Assembly (NCBI GenBank): GCA_031401505.1
Contig: JANNRO010000297.1
Span: 1 to 36,760, forward strand
DNA length: 36,760 nt
Origin: Planctomycetia bacterium
GTDB taxonomy: Bacteria; Planctomycetota; PLA2; JAEUHO01
Direction: 5' to 3'
Each line of letters starts with the position of its first letter. The first letter of the stretch is position 1. The translations under genes were made by a program, and so were the position numbers. The notes below the pieces were generated by a model. That model ran no database searches. It worked only from the letters and a program-made list of their open reading frames with translations, and was not told the origin of the DNA. This document shows positions 26,401 to 35,088 of this stretch, piece by piece.

Positions 26401-27040
26401 GGATCGTGCGACGGAGGCGGAGGTCGCGTTTCGAAGCGCCCTCGACGCGAAGTCCCCGCCGGCTCCGAAGGGCACCGGCACGATGCTGGCTCGCGTGCTC
26501 GATTCGGCGACCCCGCGTCGCCCCGCCGACGCGCGCACCGCGCTACGCGCCGATCCGTCGACCTTCTCCGATCTCGATGCCCTCCAGAAATTGCGCGAAC
26601 TCGAGATCGAGATCGGCGTGCCCGGAAGCGTCGGAGTGTCGCCTGCCGTGACGGCGATCGACGAGACGATCACCCTCCTCGAGCGGCGCCGCGGACGAGA
26701 CAAGCTCGAGACGGCGCTCGCGTGGTTTTCGTCGAGCACGAAGGACGCGCTCGATCAGGCCAGGGAGGCGACGAACCTCCTGCCCGACGACCCGCAAGCC
26801 TGGCAGGTGCGCGGCTGGCTCGAGCTTCGAAGCAAGGACACGGCGGCCGTCTCCTCGCTCCGGAAATCGCTGGCTCTCGAGAAGCCCGAGGACCGCGCGG
26901 CGGCCCGCGTACGCATCGAGTCGTGGTACCGACTCCACGGTCGAGACCCATCCGAACTCGGCCCGGCCGCTCCCGAGCCATCCGATCCGGGGCCGTCCGA
27001 CCAGAAGCCGTCCGGGGCGGAGAATGGAACGCTGAAGTGA
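23453..27040 (+). CDS. Fused MFS-like membrane domain / spermidine-synthase-like domain with C-terminal TPR-like region
   Basis: SGAAALIAEVVWFR and LYGVNTIGA repeats; IGHGAGWT, AELES, DGR and VSQPSHPW; helical repeats after about aa 870. Confidence 0.9.
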   Translation: MAALLLLAVWLSGAAALIAEVVWFRGLGRGVGTSAEALAVVSAAFLGGLGIGAAVASRRAPKARFPLRSAAYCEGIAGVLVFLSPYAIALVPGAHLAVLAAFGLEPGRSSWPAALVALPVLLLPTAFLGATLPFLVRSVVTTGVEHAGRWTGWLYGVNTIGALCGTGSAVLFLLPSVGEILSLRVASGCNLLAAALILMAERPSDASPVADSPLPGALPPPPPATIRPTGPLGGRIRASVPELALFASGLFALGAEVAWFRLLEPLTGIHLYGFAILLGGVLLGTAFGGAIGGIVADRVKRPDLALSTVLAAAGTLTIASIWAAGWVPWLAMRSGTTAGEVARAAGQSAGDVSRSISEALFATRLCVAALCVAPPLAAFAMAYPLAVRVRATDPARAAAAVGSTYAWNTAGNMIGSLLAGFLILPAVGGPRTLAIFGGLALASAVALRLLAERPRRVWPACAPLTLLALLALPGTAERIDLAGPTLPEAVALDRFNESFFIHSRADAAAYGERWGGTYPRPAGRPLAAPVLPREGAVSTVGVLQEGRWVRLRQGALSESRIQPADPDAGSETEVALSLVPYLAHPNPKKALCIGHGAGWTPETLITTPMPWVDVAELESAVLDVIEAYRGGPLLVRSAPNAHLHITDGRLMLRLAAAKPVGERYDVIVSQPSHPWVPGAGHLFTREAYALARSALNEGGVFSQWLNVFSMTRELLQTALKAWYAVFPDCWVMRYHDELVLVGFTGASTIDVPRWTSEITSGAVGIRARAAGIDEPADLVRHIALDGEGLGRMLPTGFPPPATDDDPRLELGLAWARFAGVDDDTREKEKNAIYADIQAGFPAHFEKIIPNPGDRDQLMAAVVWGLLRSNQPDEARRWLRGGGPVAFEGGVLGKRARAKESLMTARTTVTDATQRSALERRGVDLLRAALADAPEHADVAVELGEALLDQGRSDEAAKELAEPSKRHPSDGRILALLGRALISMDRATEAEVAFRSALDAKSPPAPKGTGTMLARVLDSATPRRPADARTALRADPSTFSDLDALQKLRELEIEIGVPGSVGVSPAVTAIDETITLLERRRGRDKLETALAWFSSSTKDALDQAREATNLLPDDPQAWQVRGWLELRSKDTAAVSSLRKSLALEKPEDRAAARVRIESWYRLHGRDPSELGPAAPEPSDPGPSDQKPSGAENGTLK

Positions 27041-28215
27041 TCGAATCCGCACGAACGGCTCCCCCGCTTCTCGTGGAGACCGCCGACGCGCTCGAGGCAC
27101 TCGTCGCCCGCGTCGGCCGCGAACCCCGGCTCGCGCTCGACACCGAAGCCAATTCGCTCCACGCCTACCGCGAGCGCGTCTGCGTGGTCCAGCTCTCCGT
27201 CCCGGGCCTCGACGCGATCATCGATCCGATCGCCGTCCCCGATCTCGAGCCCCTGCGACGGCTCGTCGATCGAGACGAGGTCGAGATCGTCTTCCACGGC
27301 GGCGACTACGACGTGTCGGTCCTCTCGCGCGACCACGGCTTCGCGTTCCGGCGCGTCTTCGACACGATGATCGCCGCGACGTTCCTCGGCGAGGCGCAGC
27401 TCGGGTTGATGGCGCTCGTCGAAAAGGAATTCGGCGTGCGGCTCGCGAAGAAGTACCAGACCGCCGATTGGGCGCGGCGCCCGTTCTCCGGCGAGCAGAT
27501 CGACTACCTGCGGGGCGACACGCAGCATCTGCTCGAACTCTCCTCCCGGCTTCGCGACCGCATCGCGACCGCCGACCTCGCCGAGGAGACCGACATCGAA
27601 TTCGTGCGGCTGGCTGCCCGACGCGGCGCACCGTGGACCGAGGCCCCCGAGGGGTGGCGCAAGGCGAAGGGCGCCGAGAAACTCGACGAGCGGGGTCGCG
27701 CGATCCTCGCGGCGACGTGGACGTGGCGCGAGGCCCGGGCGCGCGCGCACGACGTTCCCCGCTTTCGCGTCGTGCCCAACGAAACGCTGACCGATCTCGC
27801 GGCGCGCCCGCCGACGACCCTCGCCGAACTCTCGAAGCGTCCGGGCATCGGGTCCGTCGTGCGCATGGGCGACGGACAGACGCTCCTCGACGTCGTCTTC
27901 GCGGGGATCGCCGCCGCCGAACGCGGGGAAGCGCCGAAGGCCGCGGAACGACCGCGCCCGACGGCGGACGAACGCGCCACCGCCGACGTCCGTCGCAAGC
28001 GGGAAGAGCGGATCCGCCGTTGGCGGACCGACGAAGCGCTTCGTCGCAACGTCGTCAACGCGGTCGTGCTGCCCAATCCCGGAATGGAGGCACTGCTCGA
28101 CGCGCTGCCCCTCACGGTCGAGGAAATCGCCGCGCTCGTCAACGTCGGCCCGAAGCGTGCGCGAACCTACGGCGAGAAGTTCATCGAGCTGCTCGGCACG
28201 GCGACGCCCGCATAG
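27037..28215 (+). CDS. rnd: Ribonuclease D (3'-5' exonuclease + HRDC domains)
   Basis: LALDTEANSLHAY, FHGGDYD, FDTMIAA, DWARRP, YLRGD and HRDC WREARARAHDVPRFRVVPN. GTGA overlap with the upstream stop. Confidence 0.92.
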   Translation: MIESARTAPPLLVETADALEALVARVGREPRLALDTEANSLHAYRERVCVVQLSVPGLDAIIDPIAVPDLEPLRRLVDRDEVEIVFHGGDYDVSVLSRDHGFAFRRVFDTMIAATFLGEAQLGLMALVEKEFGVRLAKKYQTADWARRPFSGEQIDYLRGDTQHLLELSSRLRDRIATADLAEETDIEFVRLAARRGAPWTEAPEGWRKAKGAEKLDERGRAILAATWTWREARARAHDVPRFRVVPNETLTDLAARPPTTLAELSKRPGIGSVVRMGDGQTLLDVVFAGIAAAERGEAPKAAERPRPTADERATADVRRKREERIRRWRTDEALRRNVVNAVVLPNPGMEALLDALPLTVEEIAALVNVGPKRARTYGEKFIELLGTATPA

Positions 28216-28236
28216 AGGGGCCGTCGGGGCCGCGAG

Positions 28237-28686
28237 TCAGCGAGCGCGGAAGTCGTCGAAGTCGCCGTCGCCGCCGAAGTCGTCGTCGTCATCGTCGTCG
28301 TCTTCTTCGTCTTCCTCGTCCTCGTCCTCGTCCTCGTCTTCTTCCTCGTCATCCTCTTCCTCGGCCTCTTCCTCCTCCTCCTCTTCCTCCTCTTCGTCTT
28401 CCTCTTCCTCGTCGTCGTCTTCCTCGTCTTCGTCGTCGACCGGCTTCTCGTCGTCGTCGTCGTCCGCGACCTTCTTCTTCTTCTTGGTCTTGTCGTCCTC
28501 TTCCTTTTTCTTGCGCGGCGAGAGCGTCGGCTGGTCACCCGCGTCGTCGGAGTCGGACGTGAGCGCGATCGCGGGCAACGGCCCGGCGAGCGCACTCTCG
28601 ACGGTGAAGGCTACGAAGGCTCCGAAGGCGTCGTCCATCGGTTCACGGGCGAGCGGCGCAAAGGCGAGCGAAACGTGGGCGGGCAT
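28237..28686 (-). CDS. Low-complexity protein with Lys tracts and a long Asp/Glu tract
   Basis: GGAG SD, upstream TTGACT-N16-TATAGG, and mixed GAC/GAA/GAG codons in frame. Confidence 0.7.
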   Translation of the reverse strand: MPAHVSLAFAPLAREPMDDAFGAFVAFTVESALAGPLPAIALTSDSDDAGDQPTLSPRKKKEEDDKTKKKKKVADDDDDEKPVDDEDEEDDDEEEEDEEEEEEEEEEAEEEDDEEEDEDEDEDEEDEEDDDDDDDDFGGDGDFDDFRAR

Positions 28687-28727
28687 GGAGGTCTCCGGAC
28701 GAACGAGGGGGCCCCGGGGGCGCGCTA

Positions 28728-28755
28728 CCTATACCGGCGAGGAAAGGGGAGTCAA
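28728..28755 (-). promoter_or_regulatory. Putative sigma-70 promoter of the acidic protein gene
   Basis: Minus strand TTGACT (28755-28750), 16 nt, TATAGG (28733-28728). Confidence 0.45.
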
Positions 28756-28859
28756 GCGACCCCTTTCAGAAGAGAGGCCGCGGACCCTGCCCCGAGGGGT
28801 CGGCGGATAGGATCGGAAGCGGTTCGGCCGGGGTCGGCCGACGGTGGAGGACGTCGTTC

Positions 28860-30512
28860 GTGCGAATCGCCGTGGCCCAGATCGACACCACGGCCGGGGA
28901 CGTCCCCGGCAACGTCGCGCTCATCCGTGCGGCGTGGACGCGTGCCGCGGCCGAGCGCGCCGACCTCCTCGTCGTTCCGGAGCTCGCGATCCTGGGCTAC
29001 CCGCCCCGGGACCTGTGCCTTCGCGACGGTGTCATCCGGGCGGTCGAGCAGGCGACCGCGGGCCTGGCCGCCGAGTTCCGCGGCGCCCCCCCCGCCCTCC
29101 TCGGAACGGTCGTCCGCAACCGATCGGGCCACGGCCCGACGATTCACAACGCCGCCGCCTTCGCCCGGGGAGGGGTCATCGAGGCGACGTACGCCAAGCG
29201 GCTGCTCCCGACCTATGACGTCTTCGACGAGGCCCGGTACTTCGCTCCGGGGGGGCGCCCGCTCGTCGTCGAGATCGCCGGGACGCGGGTCGGGGTCTCG
29301 ATCTGCGAGGACTTCTGGGCCAGCGACCGCGTTGCAGGGCGACACCTCTACGATCAGGATCCGCCGGCCGACCTCGCGGAAGCGGGCGCAGAGATCGTCA
29401 TCAACATGGCGGCCTCGCCCTACCACGGGGGCAAGGACGCCCACCGCCGCGCGCTGTTCGCGGCGCAAGCGCGTCGGATCGGCATCCCGGTCGTTTGCGT
29501 GCAGCTGGTCGGCGGGAATGATGACGTGCTGTTCGACGGCCGCAGCCGCGCCTTCGATGCCGAGGGCCGGGAGATCGCCCGACTCCCGGCGTTTCGGGAG
29601 GCCTTCGAAGTCATCGATCTGACGTCGGCCCGTCCCCTGCCCGACGAGGCCGCGTTCGATCCGGCCGACGAGATGTGCCACGCGCTCGAAATGGGGCTGT
29701 CGTCGTATTCGCGGAAGACGGGACTTTCGACCGCGGTGCTCGGCCTCTCGGGCGGCATCGACTCAGCGGTCACGGCGGCCATCGCCGCGCGCGCGCTCGG
29801 CCCGGCCCGTGTGCTCGGCGTCGCGATGCCGGGCCCCTACTCGGCCCCCGAGAGCCTGCGCGACGCGAAGGAACTCGCGCAGCGGCTCGGCATCGGCTTT
29901 CGCACCATCCCGATCGGCCCGATCTACGACCGGTACCTCGAGACGCTCGCGCCGCACTTCGCCGGGCGCGCGTTCGATGTCGCGGAGGAAAACGTCCAGG
30001 CGCGGGTGCGGGGCAATCTCCTGATGGCCCTTTCGAACAAGTTCGGCCACCTCGTCCTGACGACCGGCAACAAGAGCGAACTCTCCGTCGGCTACTGCAC
30101 GCTCTACGGCGACATGTGCGGCGGCTTGGCCGTGATCTCCGACGTGTGGAAGACGCGGGTGTACGACCTCGCACGCGCGTACAACCGCGAGCGCGAGGTC
30201 ATTCCCTCGCACACGATCGACCGCCCGCCGTCGGCCGAGTTGCGCCCCGACCAAAAGGACTCCGACTCGCTCCCCCCCTACGACGTCCTCGACCGCATCC
30301 TCGCCCGCCGGATCGAGGAGGGCGCATCGCTCTCCGCGATCGTCGCCGGCGGCGAGGACGAACCGACCGTCCGGCGGGTGCTGATGATGGTCGAGCGCAA
30401 CGAGTACAAGCGCTGGCAGATGGCGCCCGGCCTCAAGGTGACCCCGCTCGCCTTCGGCGTCGGGTGGCGCATGCCGATCGCGCGCCCGACCGACCTCTCG
30501 GGCGAACTGTAG
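28860..30512 (+). CDS. nadE: Glutamine-dependent NAD+ synthetase
   Basis: Nitrilase domain with PEL, AKRLLPTYDVFDE and ICEDFW (E-K-C triad); synthetase GLSGGIDS, ENVQARVRG, GNKSE and PPSAEL. GGAGG SD. Confidence 0.97.
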   Translation: MRIAVAQIDTTAGDVPGNVALIRAAWTRAAAERADLLVVPELAILGYPPRDLCLRDGVIRAVEQATAGLAAEFRGAPPALLGTVVRNRSGHGPTIHNAAAFARGGVIEATYAKRLLPTYDVFDEARYFAPGGRPLVVEIAGTRVGVSICEDFWASDRVAGRHLYDQDPPADLAEAGAEIVINMAASPYHGGKDAHRRALFAAQARRIGIPVVCVQLVGGNDDVLFDGRSRAFDAEGREIARLPAFREAFEVIDLTSARPLPDEAAFDPADEMCHALEMGLSSYSRKTGLSTAVLGLSGGIDSAVTAAIAARALGPARVLGVAMPGPYSAPESLRDAKELAQRLGIGFRTIPIGPIYDRYLETLAPHFAGRAFDVAEENVQARVRGNLLMALSNKFGHLVLTTGNKSELSVGYCTLYGDMCGGLAVISDVWKTRVYDLARAYNREREVIPSHTIDRPPSAELRPDQKDSDSLPPYDVLDRILARRIEEGASLSAIVAGGEDEPTVRRVLMMVERNEYKRWQMAPGLKVTPLAFGVGWRMPIARPTDLSGEL

Positions 30513-30592
30513 ACGCGGGCGAGCCTCGGATGGCGGTCCCGTTCGCGATTCGACGCACGGGAACCCCGCGACTCCCGTACGCTCCCCGTCAC

Positions 30593-30985
30593 ATGCGACT
30601 TCATCTCGTCTCGCACGCCACCGACGCCCCGTTCGTGGCCGAACTCATCCGGGTGATGACGCCCCACAAGTTCGAAACGTGGCCCACGGTCGAGGGGAGC
30701 GACGCGGTCGTGTGCCTGCTGTCGAAGGCGGCGCTTCGCGACGGAGTCGGAGGCGCGCCGGCCGAGGCCCTTGCCGCGGAAATCGCGGTCCTACCGATGC
30801 TGCTGGGAGAGGAACCCGCGCCACGACGGTTTCCGGCGCACGCCAAGCACATGCCGATCGCACGTGACGTCTCGGGCGCGATGCGCCTGCTCGAGGATCA
30901 CCGCAAGAATGCGGCGCAGAAGATCGCCGAAGGCAAACGCGAACTCTTCGGCTACGGGCTGCTGCTCGGCCTGCTCGCGAAGTAG
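30593..30985 (+). CDS. Small TIR-like (degenerate) protein with hydrophobic C-terminal tail
   Basis: LVSHATDAPFVAELIRVM...SDAVVCLLSKAAL...IAVLPMLL follows the TIR betaA/alphaA/betaC/betaD pattern. Tail is LFGYGLLLGLLAK. Confidence 0.6.
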   Translation: MRLHLVSHATDAPFVAELIRVMTPHKFETWPTVEGSDAVVCLLSKAALRDGVGGAPAEALAAEIAVLPMLLGEEPAPRRFPAHAKHMPIARDVSGAMRLLEDHRKNAAQKIAEGKRELFGYGLLLGLLAK

Positions 30986-31026
30986 ATTTTCGGTCCCGAG
31001 TCGGTCCTGATCCGGTCTTCGGTACC

Positions 31027-32271
31027 TCAGCGCCCGGCGTCGAAGTCGCGCGGCCCGCGATCGTCGTCGTCGTCCCGCGGACGCTCGCTGCGCCCGGGGC
31101 CGTCGCCCGCGCGACCCGGCGAGACCAGCACCGACTTCAGGTAGCGCCCCTCCGTGAACGACGAGGAGAACGGGTGGTCGAGGCCCGCACCACCGACGTT
31201 CAAGAACCGGAGATCCGTACGCAGATCGAGCGCGACGCCGCGCAGCATGCCCACGAAGTCGTCGGGCGACACCATGCCCGAGCACGAGCATGTCAATACG
31301 AGCCCGCCTTCGGCGACCGCCTGGAAGGCGAGTCGGTTCAGGTCGGTGTACTTCGCCATCGCGGCGCCGAGGCCCTTCTTGTCTTTCGCCCATTTCGCGG
31401 GATCGACGATCAGGAGTTCGGGTCGATCGGCGGGCGGCCCCGCCGCCAGCGCCCGCAAGGCGTCGAAGACGTCGCCGTGGCGGAATTCGACCTCCACGCC
31501 GTTCGTCTTCGCGTTGCGCTTGCCGACCTCTAGGGCCTCCTCGTCGAGATCCATCGCGGTCACCGACGCGGGCGCGCCGCGCGCGGCCGCGGCGATCGCG
31601 AACCCGCCGGTATAGGTGAAGCCGTCGAAGACGCGACGCCCCTTGGCGATGCGCGCGATCAGGTCGCGATGATCGCGCTGGTCGAGAAAGAAGCCGGTCT
31701 TGTGCCCGCCCGCGAGATCGACGAGGTACCGCGTGCCGCGCTCGTGCACTTCGACGGTACCCGCGTTGCGGGGCGGGTCACACCGGAACCCCTCCATCAC
31801 GGCCGAACGCTCGTCGGTGCGCGCGACGATGCGCTCGACGCCCAGCGCCTCCTTCAGCACGCGCTCGAGTTCGGGCAGGCGCTTCCACCAACCGATACTG
31901 TAGAGCGACACCGACGCGACGGGCCCGTACTTGTCGACGACCAGCCCGGAGAGCCCGTCCGACTCGCCATGGACGACGCGCCACGCGTCGGTCACGTCGG
32001 GCAGGCGCAGGTCGACGACGCGCAGGCGATTGGCCGCACGGATCTTCTCGAGCAGCCACGCCTCGTCGGGCATGACGTCGGGGACGTACGAAAGGACGCG
32101 CACCGCGATCAGCGATCGCGAATGCCAGATGCCGAAACCGCACGACTTCCCCTCGCGGGTCTTCAACCGCACGACCTCGCCGTCCACCGGGCGGCCGTGC
32201 GTCGAGAACACGCGCTTGGAATAGACCCACGGGTGCACGGGCGGGCCCCCGCGCAGGACGACTTCGTTCAC
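31027..32271 (-). CDS. RlmI/YccW-like class I SAM-dependent rRNA methyltransferase
   Basis: HPWVYS (PUA domain), HGESDGLSGLVVDKY, GHKTGFFLDQRDHR, FTYTGGF, IVDPAKW, TCSCS and YLK motifs. Confidence 0.92.
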   Translation of the reverse strand: MNEVVLRGGPPVHPWVYSKRVFSTHGRPVDGEVVRLKTREGKSCGFGIWHSRSLIAVRVLSYVPDVMPDEAWLLEKIRAANRLRVVDLRLPDVTDAWRVVHGESDGLSGLVVDKYGPVASVSLYSIGWWKRLPELERVLKEALGVERIVARTDERSAVMEGFRCDPPRNAGTVEVHERGTRYLVDLAGGHKTGFFLDQRDHRDLIARIAKGRRVFDGFTYTGGFAIAAAARGAPASVTAMDLDEEALEVGKRNAKTNGVEVEFRHGDVFDALRALAAGPPADRPELLIVDPAKWAKDKKGLGAAMAKYTDLNRLAFQAVAEGGLVLTCSCSGMVSPDDFVGMLRGVALDLRTDLRFLNVGGAGLDHPFSSSFTEGRYLKSVLVSPGRAGDGPGRSERPRDDDDDRGPRDFDAGR

Positions 32272-33452
32272 GGAGCCGCCTTCGAAAGCGTCGCTTCGAC
32301 GTACGCCAGCACCTGTCCGAAATCCTCGGCGGTCGGTCGAGCGTCGACGTCGAACCCGAGCGCGCGCTCGAGCAGGTCTTCGAGCGCCGGCGAAGGCGCG
32401 CCCTCGCTCCCCCACATCTTCGCGCGAGGTCCCCGAGGCGTCGTGACGCCGTCTCCCGAAAAGGGAACCTTGCCCGTCGCCATCGCCTGGGTCAGGGCCG
32501 CCAATCCATAGACGTCGGATGCCGGCGTGGGGAGCGAGCCGTCGGTCACGGCCTCGGGCGCGACCCACGGGGCCTCACCCTTCGCTCCGCAGAGCGCGAA
32601 CGCACCGTCGCGGCGGATGAACGTGCGCCCCATGCCGACGAGCACGGCGCTGCCGTCGGTGCGCAGGAGCAGATTGCTCGGGCGCACGCCACCGTGGACG
32701 ACGCCGCGGCTATGCAGGAGGTGGATTCCGGCCGCGAGCGAGCGAGCCCGACGGCAGACGGTCACGAGCGCCTGAGGTCCCTCGGCGATGCGGACGGATG
32801 CCGGTCGTCCCGTCACGGCCTCGACGGCCATCCATCGTCGCGCTCCCCCCTCGATCGGAAGGAGGCCGCCATCGAGTACGCGGGCGAGCGCCGGGTGGGT
32901 GGCGCCGGCGAGCGCGGTGATGAGCCGCAACCAGGAGTCGGACGCCGGCCCGCCGGGCACGGTCGGAAACACGCGCAGGATCGCGTCGGCTCCGCCTCCG
33001 CGAGCTCGTCCCTTCAAGACGTCGGTGCGCGTGGGCTCGAGCGGGCCCTCGATGTCGAAGCCCGGAATCGAGCGGGACCCGTTGTTCGCGCGTTCCCGAT
33101 CGAGCCAGATCGCCGAGAGCGACGCCTTCTCCGGGAGATACGTGCCTTCGAGCAGATTCTCGAACCGCATCGACACGGGCGTCGCAGCGTCCGGAGGGGT
33201 GAGGTCGATCCGATCGCCATGGCGCAGGGCGAGCAGCGGGACTTTCGCCCCGTTGACGTAGACGCCGTGGCGGCCCTCCGACGTCAGGACGTACTCCCCA
33301 TGCGTCTGTCCGATGCACGCGTGCTTGCGCGAGATGCGCAGATCCCACAGGCACAGATCGCAGCCCGGATCTCGACCGATCCAGAACGGTTCGTCGACGA
33401 CCGGGACGCGCGCGGCGCCTTCGCCCAGGACCACGAGACGGACGGGCGACAT
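32268..33452 (-). CDS. FHA domain + Ser/Thr kinase-like (probable pseudokinase)
   Basis: FHA IGRDPGCDL..ISRKHA..GVYVNG. Kinase scaffold HPALARVLDGG, WVAPE and SDVYGLA, but the catalytic motifs are substituted. Confidence 0.85.
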   Translation of the reverse strand: MSPVRLVVLGEGAARVPVVDEPFWIGRDPGCDLCLWDLRISRKHACIGQTHGEYVLTSEGRHGVYVNGAKVPLLALRHGDRIDLTPPDAATPVSMRFENLLEGTYLPEKASLSAIWLDRERANNGSRSIPGFDIEGPLEPTRTDVLKGRARGGGADAILRVFPTVPGGPASDSWLRLITALAGATHPALARVLDGGLLPIEGGARRWMAVEAVTGRPASVRIAEGPQALVTVCRRARSLAAGIHLLHSRGVVHGGVRPSNLLLRTDGSAVLVGMGRTFIRRDGAFALCGAKGEAPWVAPEAVTDGSLPTPASDVYGLAALTQAMATGKVPFSGDGVTTPRGPRAKMWGSEGAPSPALEDLLERALGFDVDARPTAEDFGQVLAYVEATLSKAAP

Positions 33453-33659
33453 CAGGCGCTCGACGAGGGGGACGAAGGGACGCGCACGGGAGCCCGGGAT
33501 TGAAGCAGCCTCGGCGTCCGGCGTCCACGCGAGGCGCCCCGGTTCTCGTGCGCGGGCCCCGGGTGATCGGTTTCGTGGACGAGGGGGGCGACCTCGCTAC
33601 GCTTGCCCACCCGTCGGACGCGGAACCCGCGCCGAACCCGCCCCTCGAGGAGGCTCTTC

Positions 33660-34970
33660 GTGGCCAACGCTGCTCCCTCCGTACCCGCCCCCGTTCACGC
33701 CATCGCCGTGGAGGGCTTCGAGAACCTCTATCAGATGGCGGCCTCCCAGTTCACCCGGGCGGCCGAGACGATGAAGCTCTCCGCGGACCTGCGCACGATC
33801 CTCGCGCAGCCCAAGAACGAGATCGTCGTCAACTTCCCCGTGAAGATGGACGACGGCACGACGCAGCTCTTCAAGGGCTACCGCATCCAGCACAACAACA
33901 TCCTCGGTTGCTACAAGGGGGGCATCCGGTACCACCCACAGGTCAACCAGGACGAGGTGAAGGCGCTGGCCGCGTGGATGACGTGGAAGTGCTCGCTCGC
34001 CGGCCTGCCCTTCGGCGGCGGCAAGGGCGGCATCCAGATCGACCCGACGAAGTACTCGCAGACCGAACTCGAGCGCATCACGCGCCGCTTCACGCACTCG
34101 CTCGGCGCCAACATCGGACCCGACTTCGACGTTCCGGCGCCCGACGTCGGCACGAACGCCCAGACGATGGTCTGGATGATGGACACGTACGTCAACACCT
34201 ACGGCGTCGCGCACAAGAACGTGTCGCGCCACGTCGTGACCGGCAAGAGCCTGTCGGCGGGCGGCTCGGAAGGCCGCGACGAGGCCACGGGGCGCGGCGT
34301 CGTCTACACGATCGCGTCGTGGGCCGCCGAGAAGAAGTTCGACCTCGCCGGCGCGACCTTCACCGTCCAGGGCTTCGGCAACGTCGGCTCGTTCGCCGCA
34401 AAGATCCTCCAGACCGAGTACGGCGCGAAGCTGCTCGCGGCGCAGGACCACACGGGCACGCTCCACGACCCGAAGGGCATCGACGCCGAGGCGCTCTTCA
34501 AACACACGGCCGAGAAGAAGGGCATCGCCGGCTACGCGGCCCCCTCGATCGACAAGGACGCGTTCTGGAAGATCAAGGCCGACATCATCATCCCGGCCGC
34601 GCTGGAGGCGCAGATCAACTCGAAGAACGCGGCGTTCATCGACTGCAAGTTGATCGCCGAGGGCGCCAACGGCCCGACGACGCCGGCGGCCGACCAGGTG
34701 TTGTTCGCCAAGGGCACCGACATCATCCCCGACATTCTCTGCAACTCGGGCGGCGTGATCGTCTCGTTCTTCGAGTGGACGCAGAACCGTCGCGGCGAGT
34801 CGTGGTACCTCGACGAGGTGCGCGCGAAGTTGAAGCGTCGCATCACGGACGCCTACGACCGGGTCGCGGCCTGCAAGGCGAAATACAAGACCGACCGGCG
34901 CAACGCGGCGTTCATCACCGCGATCGAGCGCGTCGCGCAGTCGTACAAGGAGCGCGGGATCTTCCCGTAG
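33660..34970 (+). CDS. gdhA: Glu/Leu/Phe/Val dehydrogenase (glutamate dehydrogenase)
   Basis: YKGGIRYHP, MTWKC, GGGKGG, PAPDVGT, EATGRG, QGFGNVG and EGANGP motifs. GAGGAGG SD before GTG 33660. Confidence 0.95.
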   Translation: MANAAPSVPAPVHAIAVEGFENLYQMAASQFTRAAETMKLSADLRTILAQPKNEIVVNFPVKMDDGTTQLFKGYRIQHNNILGCYKGGIRYHPQVNQDEVKALAAWMTWKCSLAGLPFGGGKGGIQIDPTKYSQTELERITRRFTHSLGANIGPDFDVPAPDVGTNAQTMVWMMDTYVNTYGVAHKNVSRHVVTGKSLSAGGSEGRDEATGRGVVYTIASWAAEKKFDLAGATFTVQGFGNVGSFAAKILQTEYGAKLLAAQDHTGTLHDPKGIDAEALFKHTAEKKGIAGYAAPSIDKDAFWKIKADIIIPAALEAQINSKNAAFIDCKLIAEGANGPTTPAADQVLFAKGTDIIPDILCNSGGVIVSFFEWTQNRRGESWYLDEVRAKLKRRITDAYDRVAACKAKYKTDRRNAAFITAIERVAQSYKERGIFP

Positions 34971-35019
34971 CCCGCGAGGGGGCGTCGGACCGAGGTCCCG
35001 CCCGCCGTTCGACGATCTT

Positions 35020-35052
35020 CGCGAGGCGAGCCGCGGCGCGGCTCGCCTCGCG
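35020..35052 (+). terminator. Perfect 16-bp inverted repeat after gdhA, likely terminator or stabilising hairpin
   Basis: CGCGAGGCGAGCCGCG-g-CGCGGCTCGCCTCGCG followed by TCGTTTC. Confidence 0.65.
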
Positions 35053-35088
35053 TCGTTTCAAGGTCTGCGTTCGCAACTCCGGAGCCCC

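Noticed and set aside
25474-27036. 913-aa N-terminally extended RNase D, possible frameshift fusion
   Set aside because: The extension overlaps the spermidine-synthase-like gene in another frame. A GTG at 27037 overlapping the upstream stop explains the real start.
28260-28470. CRISPR-like or microsatellite repeat
   Set aside because: The TCN triplet periodicity is explained by Asp/Glu codons on the minus strand. There is no repeat-spacer structure.
28157-28810. Poly-Ser ORF on the plus strand
   Set aside because: It is the antisense shadow of the Asp/Glu-rich gene, which has the SD and promoter support.
20737-34970. pruA and gdhA as a proline-utilisation operon
   Set aside because: They are more than 11 kb apart, on opposite strands, with unrelated genes between them and no proline dehydrogenase in the window.
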